Assembly: GCA_036172245.1 (NCBI GenBank)
Contig: JAYWIR010000005.1
Location: 2,976,001-3,040,000, forward strand
Reading direction: 5' to 3'
Length of the DNA stretch: 64,000 bases
Origin: Raillietiella orientalis
Lineage: Eukaryota
The notes under the pieces are model-generated. The model searched no databases, was not told the origin of the DNA, and was given only the letters and a program-made list of their open reading frames with translations. The first letter of the stretch is position 1, and every line of letters begins with the position of its first letter. Of this stretch, positions 45,926 to 57,520 are shown one piece after another. A program made the translations under genes and the position numbers.

Positions 45926-48900
45926 GGAGAAAGAGGAAAAAACGTGACGTAGCTGCACCTCATTCCTCCTCCTCTACCCTCCCCTTCACCTTCCTTCCGA
46001 ACTCCTTCGCTTTTCGAGCCCATGAGGAATGGTTCGCGGCAGCGGCGGCTTTCTTGCCTCGCTCTCTCGCAGCCGCCTGAGCATGCAAATCTCCTCCTCC
46101 CCCGCGACAGTCCGCTCTCTGCCGATCAGCCGACCAGCGCCCTGGCAGCAAACGCGTTGCCTCGCAATAAATTCGCGGGCGTCCGCCGGTTCCTCGAGGG
46201 AAACAAAGGAATCACAGAGGCAGCAGGAAGGAAGAGGAGGAGGAGGAGGAGGGAAAGCAGTCTGCCTTTCTGTTCAGCATTGCCGCGCCGCCGCCCCTGC
46301 CGACAAGCAGCCTCCCGCATCTATTTCTGCTGGGTTTTCGCTCCGGCAGAGAATGCGCCGCTCCCGCCGCCACCGCCACCATGTGCCCCGCGCTCGCGTG
46401 TGCGTGCGTGCGAGCGTTCAGGCAGCCATCGACCGCCACCCAATCGCAACGAATCGCCAGCTGCGATTTCAGTGCCCGTGGAGCCGAAAGCGAAGTTGCG
46501 CCCACGAAGCACACAAAGAGGAAAGTTCTTGCAGTCCAGAGCGCCTCTGGCCTACGAGGGCGGACAGCCCTGACCAGGAACATGTGTCGAGAAGACTCCC
46601 GACCGATCCCCTGTTTCCTCTTCCTTCCTTCTCTCCTTTTCCCTCTCTTTCTCGCAGCCCGCTCTGCACGGGTGAGAGGGAAAGCGGGCAGGGCGTCGTG
46701 CGCCTCGAAAAAACTGGAGGTCGCCCTTCCAGCAGCGCCGCCGCGTCAGAACGGGACCGCGCTCGGCAAACATCCCGAGGTGCCGGTATCACCTGTTTGC
46801 GGAGACCTATTTGGAGCCGGCCTGCTCCTTGTTAGAAGCGCCCGCTTCACGGAACGCTGAGGGACCTCGCAGGGGAAAGCTGTTTGTTCCTCTACCAAAG
46901 TCCTTCCTTCGCAAACCTTTGCTTATTCTTCGATTTGTGAGAGCGGCAGCGAAAGTGAGATCTAGAGGAGGCGGACGCCTCGAGCTGGAACGCGCCCGAG
47001 TAAGCTGGAGGGCTAGGGCGCCCCAGATTGCCGTTTCTTCCGCGCTGCTCTTGCGAGTGGTCCAGCTCGCAGGGAGCCCACGTCAGTCTCCCGATGTCTG
47101 GGCGCAGCACGTGCGCTGCTTTCCAGCCTTCCACTGAAATTGGCCGCTTCCTGGTTCGCCCGAGCTCTCTCAGACCCGACTCGGTCCATTTCTGCAGCCA
47201 CTCCCCCTCCTACAGCTGCAGAGCGTCGCAGACGGGACCGAAAGGAAAACCGCTCCAAATCGCCCACGGGAAACGACGCCCGAAGAGCTTCTTCGCTTCC
47301 TTCTGGAAACCATAGTCGGTTTACTGAAGTAAAGGAAAGCGCACAGCCATTTTCGGACCACTCCTTCTCGGCTGGCACTCCGAGAACGCCTCCAAGCTGA
47401 TCAAAATAAATTCTTTCTTGCGAGGTGGTGACTGGAGGAAGGGGAGGGGGGACTCCACTGTGGGTGTGCAACCATCCGAGTCATGCTTGGCGAAGTATCG
47501 CAAGGCTGGCTGGAGCAAAACTCTTCCAGGGGTGAAAATTGACTAGTCTTTCAGGACTGTTTTTTCCCCCCAGACACGAACCACAATGTTTTCAACGACA
47601 GGTCGATGCCACTCACAAGGCAAATCCCGACCTGGGATCGGGGAGCGCGTTCCGCACTGCTTGGGGAACTACGCGCTCTGGTCCGCCCGACGACCTGAGA
47701 AACATACTGCCTCTGGAGATGCTGGTTCCACTTGGGATCGGCCTAGCAGAAAGAAGCAGGTCCGCGAACAAAGACATCATCTTCTGGAAATGATTTCTAG
47801 ATCAAGAGCTTGAGTTTCCGGGGTTCCAGAACCAGAGGAGGCGCCGTCTGAGTAAATCAATCGTTCTCCAATTCCGGGAAACGGCAGCTTTTATGGCAGT
47901 TGAGAAAGATTTTCATCCTCTTTATTTCCCCCCATGGTACAGCCGAATAGAGTCCTTCTTTCATAGTATCTTGTGCATTAATATCAATGGCTGAATGAGG
48001 AACAGTTCCCCAGCTGCTTTAATTCTTTCCTTTCCCACGGCCTTTCATTGGAAATAGCTATCAGAGACTGCTGACTATGGAGAAAGAAAAAATTCCAGCC
48101 GTCCCCTGAGGGACAGTGATGCAAGAAATCCGTTCATAACAAAGGTAAAAACCATAGATAAATCGCAACTAGTATTCATTAATGAACAAGGAATAGGGAA
48201 TGAATGATGGGTCAGGTTGAGGTTTCCAACGAGAAGGAGGTGCTGAAGAGAAACCATGCACCACCATGGACGCATAAGAACTAACACTACCCGAAGACTC
48301 TGTAGAGAGCACACTGCTGCTCTTGTGATTTTCGAAGAATCCTCAAAGTAAGCACGCTTTCGAGACGAGTGTCAAACGACCGGTGATTTGGGGGCTCATG
48401 AGACCGCCGCGACGAAGATGGCAGGGTATGGGAACATTGGCAGAAGCGTCCTTCACTGCGCAGGCTCACTGAAGCAGTGTGTTTTTCTCTTTGTGGAGTG
48501 ATGTTTACATTAAACGAGCACGTTTCCGCGAGGAGTTGGTGGATGCGGATATTTCGGATCTTGCGTGCATCGCCTTGGAACCATATGGAACCGAAGGACG
48601 GATCACAAAAGAGCTCCAAGCCCGCGTCAACCTCAGATACCAAGATTGCAGACTTTGCGCCTAAGATAAGGAGACTAAGATAAGTTTCGTTCACGAAGCG
48701 AATGCAAGTATTCACTGTTGGTTTAGGTGGACACGGAATCACAGGAGCACAAGGATCATATCAGTGAACGGATGAAGGGATGACGATTACAAGAAAGGAT
48801 TTGCATTTCCCACCAGCTTGAAAGGAATTATCGGTTTCCCATTCAAAGGACAGAAAGTATGATGCGTGTTCTCAGTGATCAAAAAAAACTGAATCCAATC

Positions 48901-51699
48901 CTTTCACCTGACTGCGATGTCAACTTTTTTTTCATTCGGCTGCATCCCTGGCGTGCAAAGTGGAATAAGAGTGTGTCCACTAACTGCTTCGAGTTCAGGA
49001 TGCTCCTGCAGCAGAATGGAATGAAACCAACAAATCCAAAAGCTTCTTTGATTCGAAATCAGAGGACCAAATCAATGAGAAGTATGTGTGCACATAATCG
49101 AAGCAGGCAACCTGAATAGGATATTCCATTCGAGGTTCAGTGCGAGAGGAGGATCTGTCCGCATCTTTCCAAGGCTATCAAAAAAGGTGATTCCGTCAAT
49201 ACATGAGCTTTCATTCCAGGTCTCCATAAACAGGCTTTGCAATTCTTCAAGGGAATCTCAGTGCCAGAAACGATAGATATAAAATTATATCGATTAAAGT
49301 GGTTCCCACTCAGGCGAAAGAAGAAAAGAAATTCTGGTACTTTAAAATCGACTTTAAAACAGTGCACTTGGAGAACGACCGTGATTCGAGCATTGAGTGT
49401 CGCCTGCTTCGTGATGATATCCGGAGAAGAGCAGGGAACGATGTTTGCGGAAGGTCGGTTATTTCATCCTGGAAGAAGAATCTTCCAGATAAAAGCGTCA
49501 TGGAAACAAAGCTCACGGAGGAGCAGAATGACGCAGAATTCAAGGGTTGGTCTCGATCTGGTTCCGTGCAAACGATTTTCTGTGTTCTTCCCGTCTTGAC
49601 AACACCACCGAGCGCTGCTTAGCAACCGCGGATGCATGCCACTGCTATCTTTTCTTAACGCAACGGGCGCATTACGCACAATCGCTCGAGATCGTGCCCT
49701 CCCCAGTGGAAATGCAACAGAAATTTTGCCATCGTGAAACAGGATCGGGCGTTTGAAAATTCCAAGGAAACCTCGTCACGGAGCACAAGGGCAGTTCAGA
49801 AGTTCAGCAGTCCGCACTTCCATCATTACGTCGATGTCTGCTTGCGATACGGTCCCCAACACACCCACTGTGAACCTTGCCGGAAAAGGCGAGGTCTCCG
49901 AAAGACAAAAGCGGACAAATCAGATCGGCTTAAAACAGATTGCAAGAGTGAACGGGGGAAGCGCGGCTTCCGATGCACGTTTCGTGGAAACTCCTCGACT
50001 CTGAAAATCTGCCCGAATCTACAAGATGAAAGCGTTTCCAAAGAGTACTTGATTGAGAAAGCAGAGTCCGGTGTGAAAGTAGCACGGGAATCTGGGATCT
50101 CATCCGCTGCTCTTTCTAATGCTGGGGACGGCGGCAACTCACTTTCCGCTGATCAGAGTGAGATGATGGATTCTGGGTCACTTCCGAACCAGCTCGAATG
50201 CCACACGAGCAAACCCAAAGACGTGCTTGCCTGACTTGCCAGGCGTTTCGAAGTGTTCACCCCTCCGAGAGACGCTTGCTGCGTGTTCCGACACCAGTGT
50301 AGAGAGCCGATCTCAGTGAGCGATTCCGTGACGGTTCACTTGATAAAAAGGTACGCTCAGATATTCAACACCACCAGATGACCTAGGAAAATGCCACAAA
50401 TGTGTTCAGTGGTCGGGGATCATCACTTGACCCTCAAAAGAGGAACGCCTTTCCCTCGCTTTGTGATGAGATAAAAAAGAACTTTCTCTGCAAACCGTTT
50501 AAGACCAGGATTTCTCTGCAAAATCTTTTTAAAACGTTTCGCTAAAAGGCGCATTCCATGCAAATGCTTTTGTGTTATGAGGATAACGATGATAGTCGCA
50601 CAAGTGAAAGCATTATCTTCCCTATGTTTGCAGCTCAGATGATATGATTTCTTGTAATTGGGTTCTTATCGTTTACTATTCTAGGCGTGCTGTGAATTAC
50701 TGAAGTGAAAAGAGATTTCGTCTAAAGCTGCATGTTTTCATGCTGAAGATGGAAATCATTCTGGGAGTTCATGCTTTTGCGATTTTACGTCCAGCAAGCC
50801 GAGATTGCATTCACGCGTACTACCATTACGTGAACATCGGAATGCATCTGATTACATGGATAACACGGCTGGGATGAGACGAGAAAGAAAGTGAAGATCC
50901 CAGATAAATCTTTCCTGATGGTTAGGTGGACCCAAAGGAAATGGCTAGGCTCGCGAAGCCGTGTTACCAGACCTTTGAGGTCAGTAAACAGGAGAGCGAC
51001 TGGCAGTAGAAACCTCGGGTTGGATCATAATGAGATTCCATTCTGGCCTCCAAGCACACACTTAAGGAGGACAAGGGGCTCGTAGAAGTGGACCTATTTT
51101 TGGCGCGAAGAAACGGAGATTTTTCGTAAGTTGATCAGAAGTTCGTTGGGCATTTGAACTACAGGCAAAAGTTTGGACAGGAACCTCGATACTTTCGAGA
51201 TTATGCTATGTAATGATGTGTACATATGGGGAACTTCGCTAACTTTTTGTGGACGTTAATGCTGAGGCGGCCGGGCCCCGGTATCTTGATGGAGGAACTG
51301 CATGCAGAAAAGCAACAACCGTCGGAACCGCAATGCTTTTGATCCCACGAACAATAATTTGGAAAGGAATGCTGTAACTCAAGGAAGTGTGCTGGACCCA
51401 GAATGCGGAAGCCCACTTTCTTTCAGGTTCGCGGCTGGGGCCTCACTAGATCCCGGGATTCATGAGTAACATGAGAACAGAATGCCAGTTCTTAAATGCA
51501 CACACGACCATCCCCGTCCTAAGTCCGAGACGTGAACTTTCGAAAGCCTGGGTTCGCGAGATGAAATGGACCCGAATCCACTCCAATCCCACTTGCTTGA
51601 TGTCCGCTTTGCCAGCGCGGGAGATAGTCATGCAAGCACGAGAATGGCTCTGTGCGAATTGCAATTCTGAGCCAATTGCTAATTGCAATTTGTCCCGCG

Positions 51700-51767
51700 T
51701 CGGCGGCCGTGTGGCTGCAGTCTTGCACATGTCACCAAGCGGTTGCGGGTTCGAATCACCACGCCGA
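51700..51767 (+). pseudogene. tRNA-like sequence (tRNA pseudogene or tRNA-derived SINE head)
   Basis: Pairing ends tcggcg/cgccga, A-box-like ggcggccgtgtgg and B-box ggttcgaatc at tRNA-like spacing. The anticodon arm pairs poorly. Confidence 0.45.
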
Positions 51768-52057
51768 GAAATAGGAACATCGTAGGTCTCGAGAAACCGC
51801 TCGCAGGATGACGGAGAAGAAAACGAGGAGCGACCCCACAAACCGGGTGGTCCCTCCGGAGAGAATAAGGAAGAGGTTTCCTTCGGGGTTCCCTGCCAAG
51901 CATAAGAGGAACGGACTGCTTCCTCTGGAGTCTTCTCGGATTCATAAAATGGTTTCTCCGAGGCTGCCCTCTAACTTAAAAGAGTTACACGCACCCTCGG
52001 GTGACTTGGGCAGCGTTAAAGAGCTTAGTGAGCCTCCCCTAAATAGGCGAATGGCTC

Positions 52058-52120
52058 TTCAGCATTAATTGCAATTCTGTGCTGTGTTAGAAACAGCACA
52101 GAATTGCAATTAGTGCTGAA
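52058..52120. repeat. Inverted repeat: 28-bp arms, 1 mismatch, 7-nt loop
   Basis: ttcagcattaattgcaattctgtgctgt gttagaa acagcacagaattgcaattagtgctgaa. Confidence 0.9.
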
Positions 52121-52152
52121 AGGCTGGCTGTTGGAAGATGTTCCAACTATTC

Positions 52153-52820
52153 TTAGGTATTCTTATGGACTGTAGTGGCAAAACAGATGAAGAACTGCAT
52201 GACTTCCTCAGTAGAGGAAAGTTGACGGTAAAAATCGGACAGTGGGGAACTCAATTTGCATTCTTTTTTTTGTCTTCCATGTTTTCGAAAGGTTCTTATT
52301 ATCTCTTGCGTCATGATTCGCTGCCATGATGGCCACCCAGCTACTTCGAACAGAAAGGACGATACTCACCATGGTCAGCCGCTTTGGAATTCCGTAGGCT
52401 CTCTCCTCCCAGTCCAGATTGAAATTGAAACCGTAGTCCATGTCCTGAAATAGTTTGTTTTTTTTTTGAATCCTCAGCATGAACACCTTGGAACAAGCAA
52501 TGAAAAGCAGCAAATTCAAGTTCGCTTCCGCATCTGCGCCGCGCCAGAACACGCACTCCACCTCGGAGGAAGTGACGAGCGTCTTGTAGAACTTTCCATG
52601 CAATCAGATCGTGGGAAAGCGAAAGTTGACGGACTCTGAGAAACTTTTCATCTTTTCCTTTTTTTTTTTTCCAGTTGAATGTTTGAAGCATTCTGCTGCG
52701 GCAGCCTTCCGACGTTGCTGCTCCGTGACCTCCGCAACGAGGTTTCCCGACAAATCCGAATTCAGTTCTTCGCTCCTGTGGACCTCCATCATGGGTATCT
52801 TCCTCCTCGGGCGCATGTCT
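52153..52820 (-). CDS. 3' exons of an unidentified spliced gene (hypothetical helical protein); upstream exons probably extend to about 58.1 kb
   Basis: Phase-0 exon chain ...52635 | 52487-52591 | 52370-52444 | 52153-52320 (TAA). Introns are 43, 42 and 49 nt, matching the short-intron size seen in the large gene. Confidence 0.5.
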
Positions 52821-55800
52821 GAAGCAGCGTGAGTTCTTTTTCGAGAGCCCTTCAGGAAAAATTCCAGACGTGGTCACAGGTGGACTTTAGAGATTACGAC
52901 AGGGCGGTGACGTGGCGGCCAATTAGACAACCGATTCTACTCTCGCGTTCCTGTGGACGCCACTGCATCTCTGCTACATCCTCAGTGATTTCGCAGCAGT
53001 TTCCAGGAAGGGAAACTTCGAGCATCTCTGAAGATGGTCCGTCTAAATGCTTCGTTTAACACTTCCCTGAGATCCGCTCCCTCGCGTTTTCGAAAGCTGG
53101 CATCCTTGAGTGGACTGCCCGCATTGAGAGCGGTTCGTGATGGACTCCTGAGCAGCGCGGTGAGGCTCTGTCACCCTAGTGATGGCCACACCAGCTACTT
53201 CGCGAAAACCTGCTCGGAGCAAGAGGAACTCTCTCCGCAGCACAGTCTGTGTGAGGAGAAACATGGGAGAATAGGGCGACGCCATCTTGGAAGAACACAC
53301 GATTACCGCATCCGGCTTTCTTTGGCCGTTCACCTGACTTCCGAGGGAAGAGCGCAAAGGGGCTTCGATTGACCCCAAAGAGAGGAAAAGCACCGTCCAT
53401 TCTCGGCGGTAACCATCAGGGCGCTGCAGCGGTGGAGACGACGGGTAGCTCCTTCGCCCGACGGACGGTTCTGGCTCTCTCCTCTATCCGTCCACGGCAT
53501 GCAGCCACGCTCTCTCGCAGACGCGTGGGGAAGGAGAAAGACGCATCCCGGAGCACGCAAGTGCAGAATGGGAGCTCCCGGACATGTTCCTGTCTGCCGA
53601 ATTGATCGGTTTGAGTTCGGCAGGGCTCTGCCGAGGAGAGGTGGCTGCTGTCCGCCTCGAGACCCCGGCAGACGAGGCCCCCAGTAGTCTCCTCTGCGTC
53701 GTCCCCAGGGACACCGATTTTTCCCGAGAAAGAACGCGGCCTGTTCCACGGCCGAATCTCGAAGCAGCCCTTTCTCGAGACTCTCTCGCTACCGTCTTGA
53801 GAACTGCGCTGGGTCCCTCTAGAGTGACGTTCGCGGGAGCGCGAAGTTGGCAGAGTAGGCCGGGATTGAGCGTTGAGCTCTCAGGCGAGGAATTGCTGAT
53901 GAGTTTCAGCGAGGCCACTGATGAAGGGATTCCGAGTCTCAGCTTCTGACATTTGGGATTTCCCGCCCGCCCTTGGACCTGCTCGACCCTTCCGTCTCAT
54001 CCTCTGCATAAGCCGGTGATGCTGGTGGAAGGCGTAACCGGCGAAGAGGTTTTGCGTGATGCTGATAAACGAATCACGCTTTTGCCTGCGGGAATTCGGA
54101 CCCTGAAGGATTCCCTCCGGAGATCCAAGGTACGGTGCTGAAAGGCGAGGGGGGATGCGATGCTTACGCTGTGGGGGGAGATGCGCGCGTCATTTCGATC
54201 CCCTGCCCCTTCGGTTCCCCCAGCGTATGAACGGTGAATACGGGATGCGAAAGGAAGCTCTGCGCCTTTCTGCTGAGGTGGCTTCCGATTCCACGCGATC
54301 GGAGGTGCGCCCTGTGGGAGGAAAAGGGGTGAGACATTTCCTGCGTCCATCCTCTGAGAGGAGCAGGGGAATCACCGTCGCTCTGACGAAGCAGAACAAG
54401 GAGGGGGGGCGCCCATATGACTGAGATTGGTCCAAGCCTCTCTTTGCTAATCAGCGGGTGGCCCGGGAGTGACCGATATCCGGGCGCTTCCAACTGGAAG
54501 ACGGAAACGAACGGAACCTGACAGCCAGCTCCAGATAATGAGGCCTTTCTTTTTTCCCTTTCGGAGCCATGGAGACGGCCCCCTCCGGGGAAAGGGAAAA
54601 AAGGAAGAAAAAAAAACGGAAAGAGGGAGACGCGACTTGGATCTGAAAGTCCTGCGCAAGACGGCAGTTCCTAAGGAGTCGGAGGACTATCGTTGCCAAG
54701 TCCGCGAGATGAATTGCCCCTTTGAGGCAAGCGGACAGCTCCTCGTGGATTTTCTTGCTTCCTGTTGTCAATAGAAGGAGCTTTCTTACAGATCGTGGAG
54801 CCTCGTTGCCCTCATCGACTCTCGCGAAGGAATGCCGGAGCATCGCACGCCAAGGGAAGAGAGGAGGAGTGGAGATGAAACAGAAACAAAAACAAAAGGA
54901 AACTTCCACGTGGCACAGGGAGAGGAGGAAACGAGATGACCATGCGCGTTCATAGACGTCACTGAGCAGAGTTTCGCGGTTTTCTCCGACTCAATCCGCC
55001 GAAAAAGAGCTGATCCACTGTCCCGAAGGAGGAGGCGAGCTCTGCAGACTCGACAGGCTGGACAGGATCCCGTGCTCTCGCGAAGCGGAGAGAGACGCGC
55101 TCCGCCACCCTTCCAGGGCCAGGAAGTGAAGCCGAGCTCTGGACGTCCGGGAGGCTCAAGGGCCCTCAGACCGGAAGGAGGCACGCGGAGGCAGCAGCAA
55201 AGAGCTGCTTTCCAAGTGCGGGGAGGACAGCACGCAGGAATCAGAGCTCCGTTCCGCACGTGCGTCGGGCCGAAGAGCGAAAGGCTGTTTTTCCAGAACT
55301 CCCCTTTGCTCGTTCTGGTCAGCTCGGCGGACAACTCCTCACCCTCTCCCTCTTCCCACGATTCAGATTGCCTCGTGGGAGAAAGGGTTGACCAATTGTC
55401 TCTGCCCCTAGGCGAACGGGAGTTTAAGGTCTTTTGGCGGATGGCAGCCTTCCCAACCGACCCTGTGAGCGTCCCTCTGCCCGACGCCAGAAAACCGACC
55501 AGCACGCATCCCTCTTTCCGGTGATCGCGGAGCAGGGAACGACGGTCCTGGTCCTGCCAAGGGAGTTTTGCGAGGGTCGCCGTGGGAGCACTCTGGAAGA
55601 GCCCGAAAGATCTTTCGCGCGTTCCCGTCGGTGGAGCTCAAGGGGACACCTCCGAGAAAACTTGTGGTCACAACTCCTAGGGAGCACTGGAGGAAGAGAA
55701 GGGGAAGAGCGGGGAGTGCATCTCCCTCTGAACCAAGAACTAGGAACAAGACTTCCCCGTGCCTCCATGGAGGCAAGGCAGGGAACCAAAGGATCCTCAT

Positions 55801-56621
55801 TCCCTCGAGGGAAGAGAGTAGGGGAGGAGATGCCCTGGGCAGATGAAGCAATCATAGTGATGCGAAGGGAAGAAGCAAGGAGGAGCAGGAGGAGGAGAGG
55901 TTCCCCAAGATCATCCGCGAACCTGAGAGTGCTGCCGCGTGCCGACGTCCGAAATCTCCCCTTTTCCCGCGGAATCGCTGCCTACGGCCCCCCCGGCGAG
56001 CAAACTGACCGTGGGGATGGAGGGACGGGTCACGGGAGGAGGCAGCTGGAGGCTACCTGGCTCCTCACAGGCACCACCGCTTCTTCGAAACCCGCGGAAG
56101 GAGCGGAGGAGGAGCCTTTCCGGAAGGGGGTCCGAACGTGGCTGCCTCATTGCCAGGGTTCCAGGTCTCCAGGGTCACTCTTCTTCTCTCGGGTCAACCC
56201 ACGACCTTGTTTTTTTTCTCCCGGAGGGATCTTCCCTCGGCTGCTGGGACTCTGAGGATGTCTCGTTTCCCTCTGCAGACGGAAGAGGGTCAGGAGAGCT
56301 CCACGGCAGAGCTCGGAGGAACGCCCACAAAAGCTTCCCTTGCCGCCGATCGACTTTTCCTGCTAGGTGGCGTTCGCATCTGTGTCGCCCTGGAGACGAG
56401 ACTCGCGCGCCCGGATTCTGAAGGCCTCGCAGCACTGACGCAGGTCAGGGACGCACATAGGCACCCTCCCTAGAGGGGACGACAGCGGCGCCGTCGCGGG
56501 GGGATCAGAGGAGCGAGCGGAAGGAACAGAACAGGGGGAGGATGCTTACAGCGGCCAATCTGCCTGTCTGACCGCGGTATCTTCGGCGGTCTCACCCTTA
56601 CTGGATGCGCGCAAGACCGAG

Positions 56622-56663
56622 GTGCGCCAAAACACCGACCGGAAGGTCGGTGTTTTGGCGCAC
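56622..56663. repeat. Perfect inverted repeat: 19-bp arms, GGAA loop
   Basis: gtgcgccaaaacaccgacc ggaa ggtcggtgttttggcgcac. Confidence 0.9.
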
Positions 56664-57376
56664 AGTTTCTGACGGAGGCGGAGCCGGCAGGAGAAACCGC
56701 TCTGGGGTGGTGCTGCGTGGGTGCACGACCCCGCGGGAAACCTTCATATGTCAAGGTCGGCGAGGAGCGCCTGTTGCTTCTCACGCACGCAGCTCCGCAC
56801 GTCGCGTCATCTGGATACGCTCGCGTCGACCCGAGCAGCTTCCACCCCTTCTCCACCTCCATCGCAACCCTCGCCACTGATTCTTTACAGAGGTTTCTTC
56901 TGACCCATGTGTGACTAGCATGTTCACGTGTCCTCCCATGCCAACGACAGAAAGGCAGGAGGCCCGGAGGCTGCCACTCGCTGGTTGCCATGAAGGGATG
57001 CGTCTCACAAGGACTGAGATCCTCCCTTCGCCCCAGTCCCGCCGCCCTGGTGAATGGAGCAGGCTGGGCTGTGTAAGGTCCACGGGTTGCAGCATCCTCT
57101 CTTGGAACCCTAGAGCTCCGAGCTGCTCGTTGCAGAAATCATCAGAGTGTCGGAGCTGCTAACTTTTGCCCCACGCACGTCCCTCCGCCGCACTCAACCG
57201 TTGCCGGGCAACGGAGTGCCCCTTCTTCGGCGATCTGTCGCCGCCCCGGAATCCTCTGGATCTCTTCGTGGGTTGCTCTGGCACCCCGCGTGAATGCCTG
57301 CGTGCGGCACACAAGATGTCGCTGCGCCTGCCTCCCACTGAGCACCGAGTGGGTACGCGCCGCCGGCCGGCCATAC

Positions 57377-57520
57377 CTGGTCGGCATCCGTCGTCTTCGG
57401 CAGGCGGTACGCTGCTCGCTCGGTCGATGCTGGCACCTCAGAGTCGCTTCCGATGAGCGAAGAAGCTTCGTCCGAGGACTGAACTCCTCCGAACTTCTCG
57501 CTCGTGTCCTCGCTGGTCTC
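57377..57520 (-). CDS. Candidate internal exon (ETSEDTSEKFGG...KTTDADQ), probably of the 52-58 kb gene
   Basis: Strong ttttctcttttccag| acceptor and CAG|gtatgg donor; 144 nt, open in phase 0. Confidence 0.4.

Larger units (their letters stand above)
44400..47400. promoter_or_regulatory. GC/CpG-rich island around exon 1 (putative promoter region)
   Basis: Visibly GC- and CpG-rich relative to the flanking introns; contains exon 1, the MEF2 motif and a GA tract. Boundaries are approximate. Confidence 0.5.

Noticed and set aside
55434..56255. 273-aa plus-strand ORF
   Set aside because: GC-rich with no domain signal; overlapping ORFs in several frames are equally long.
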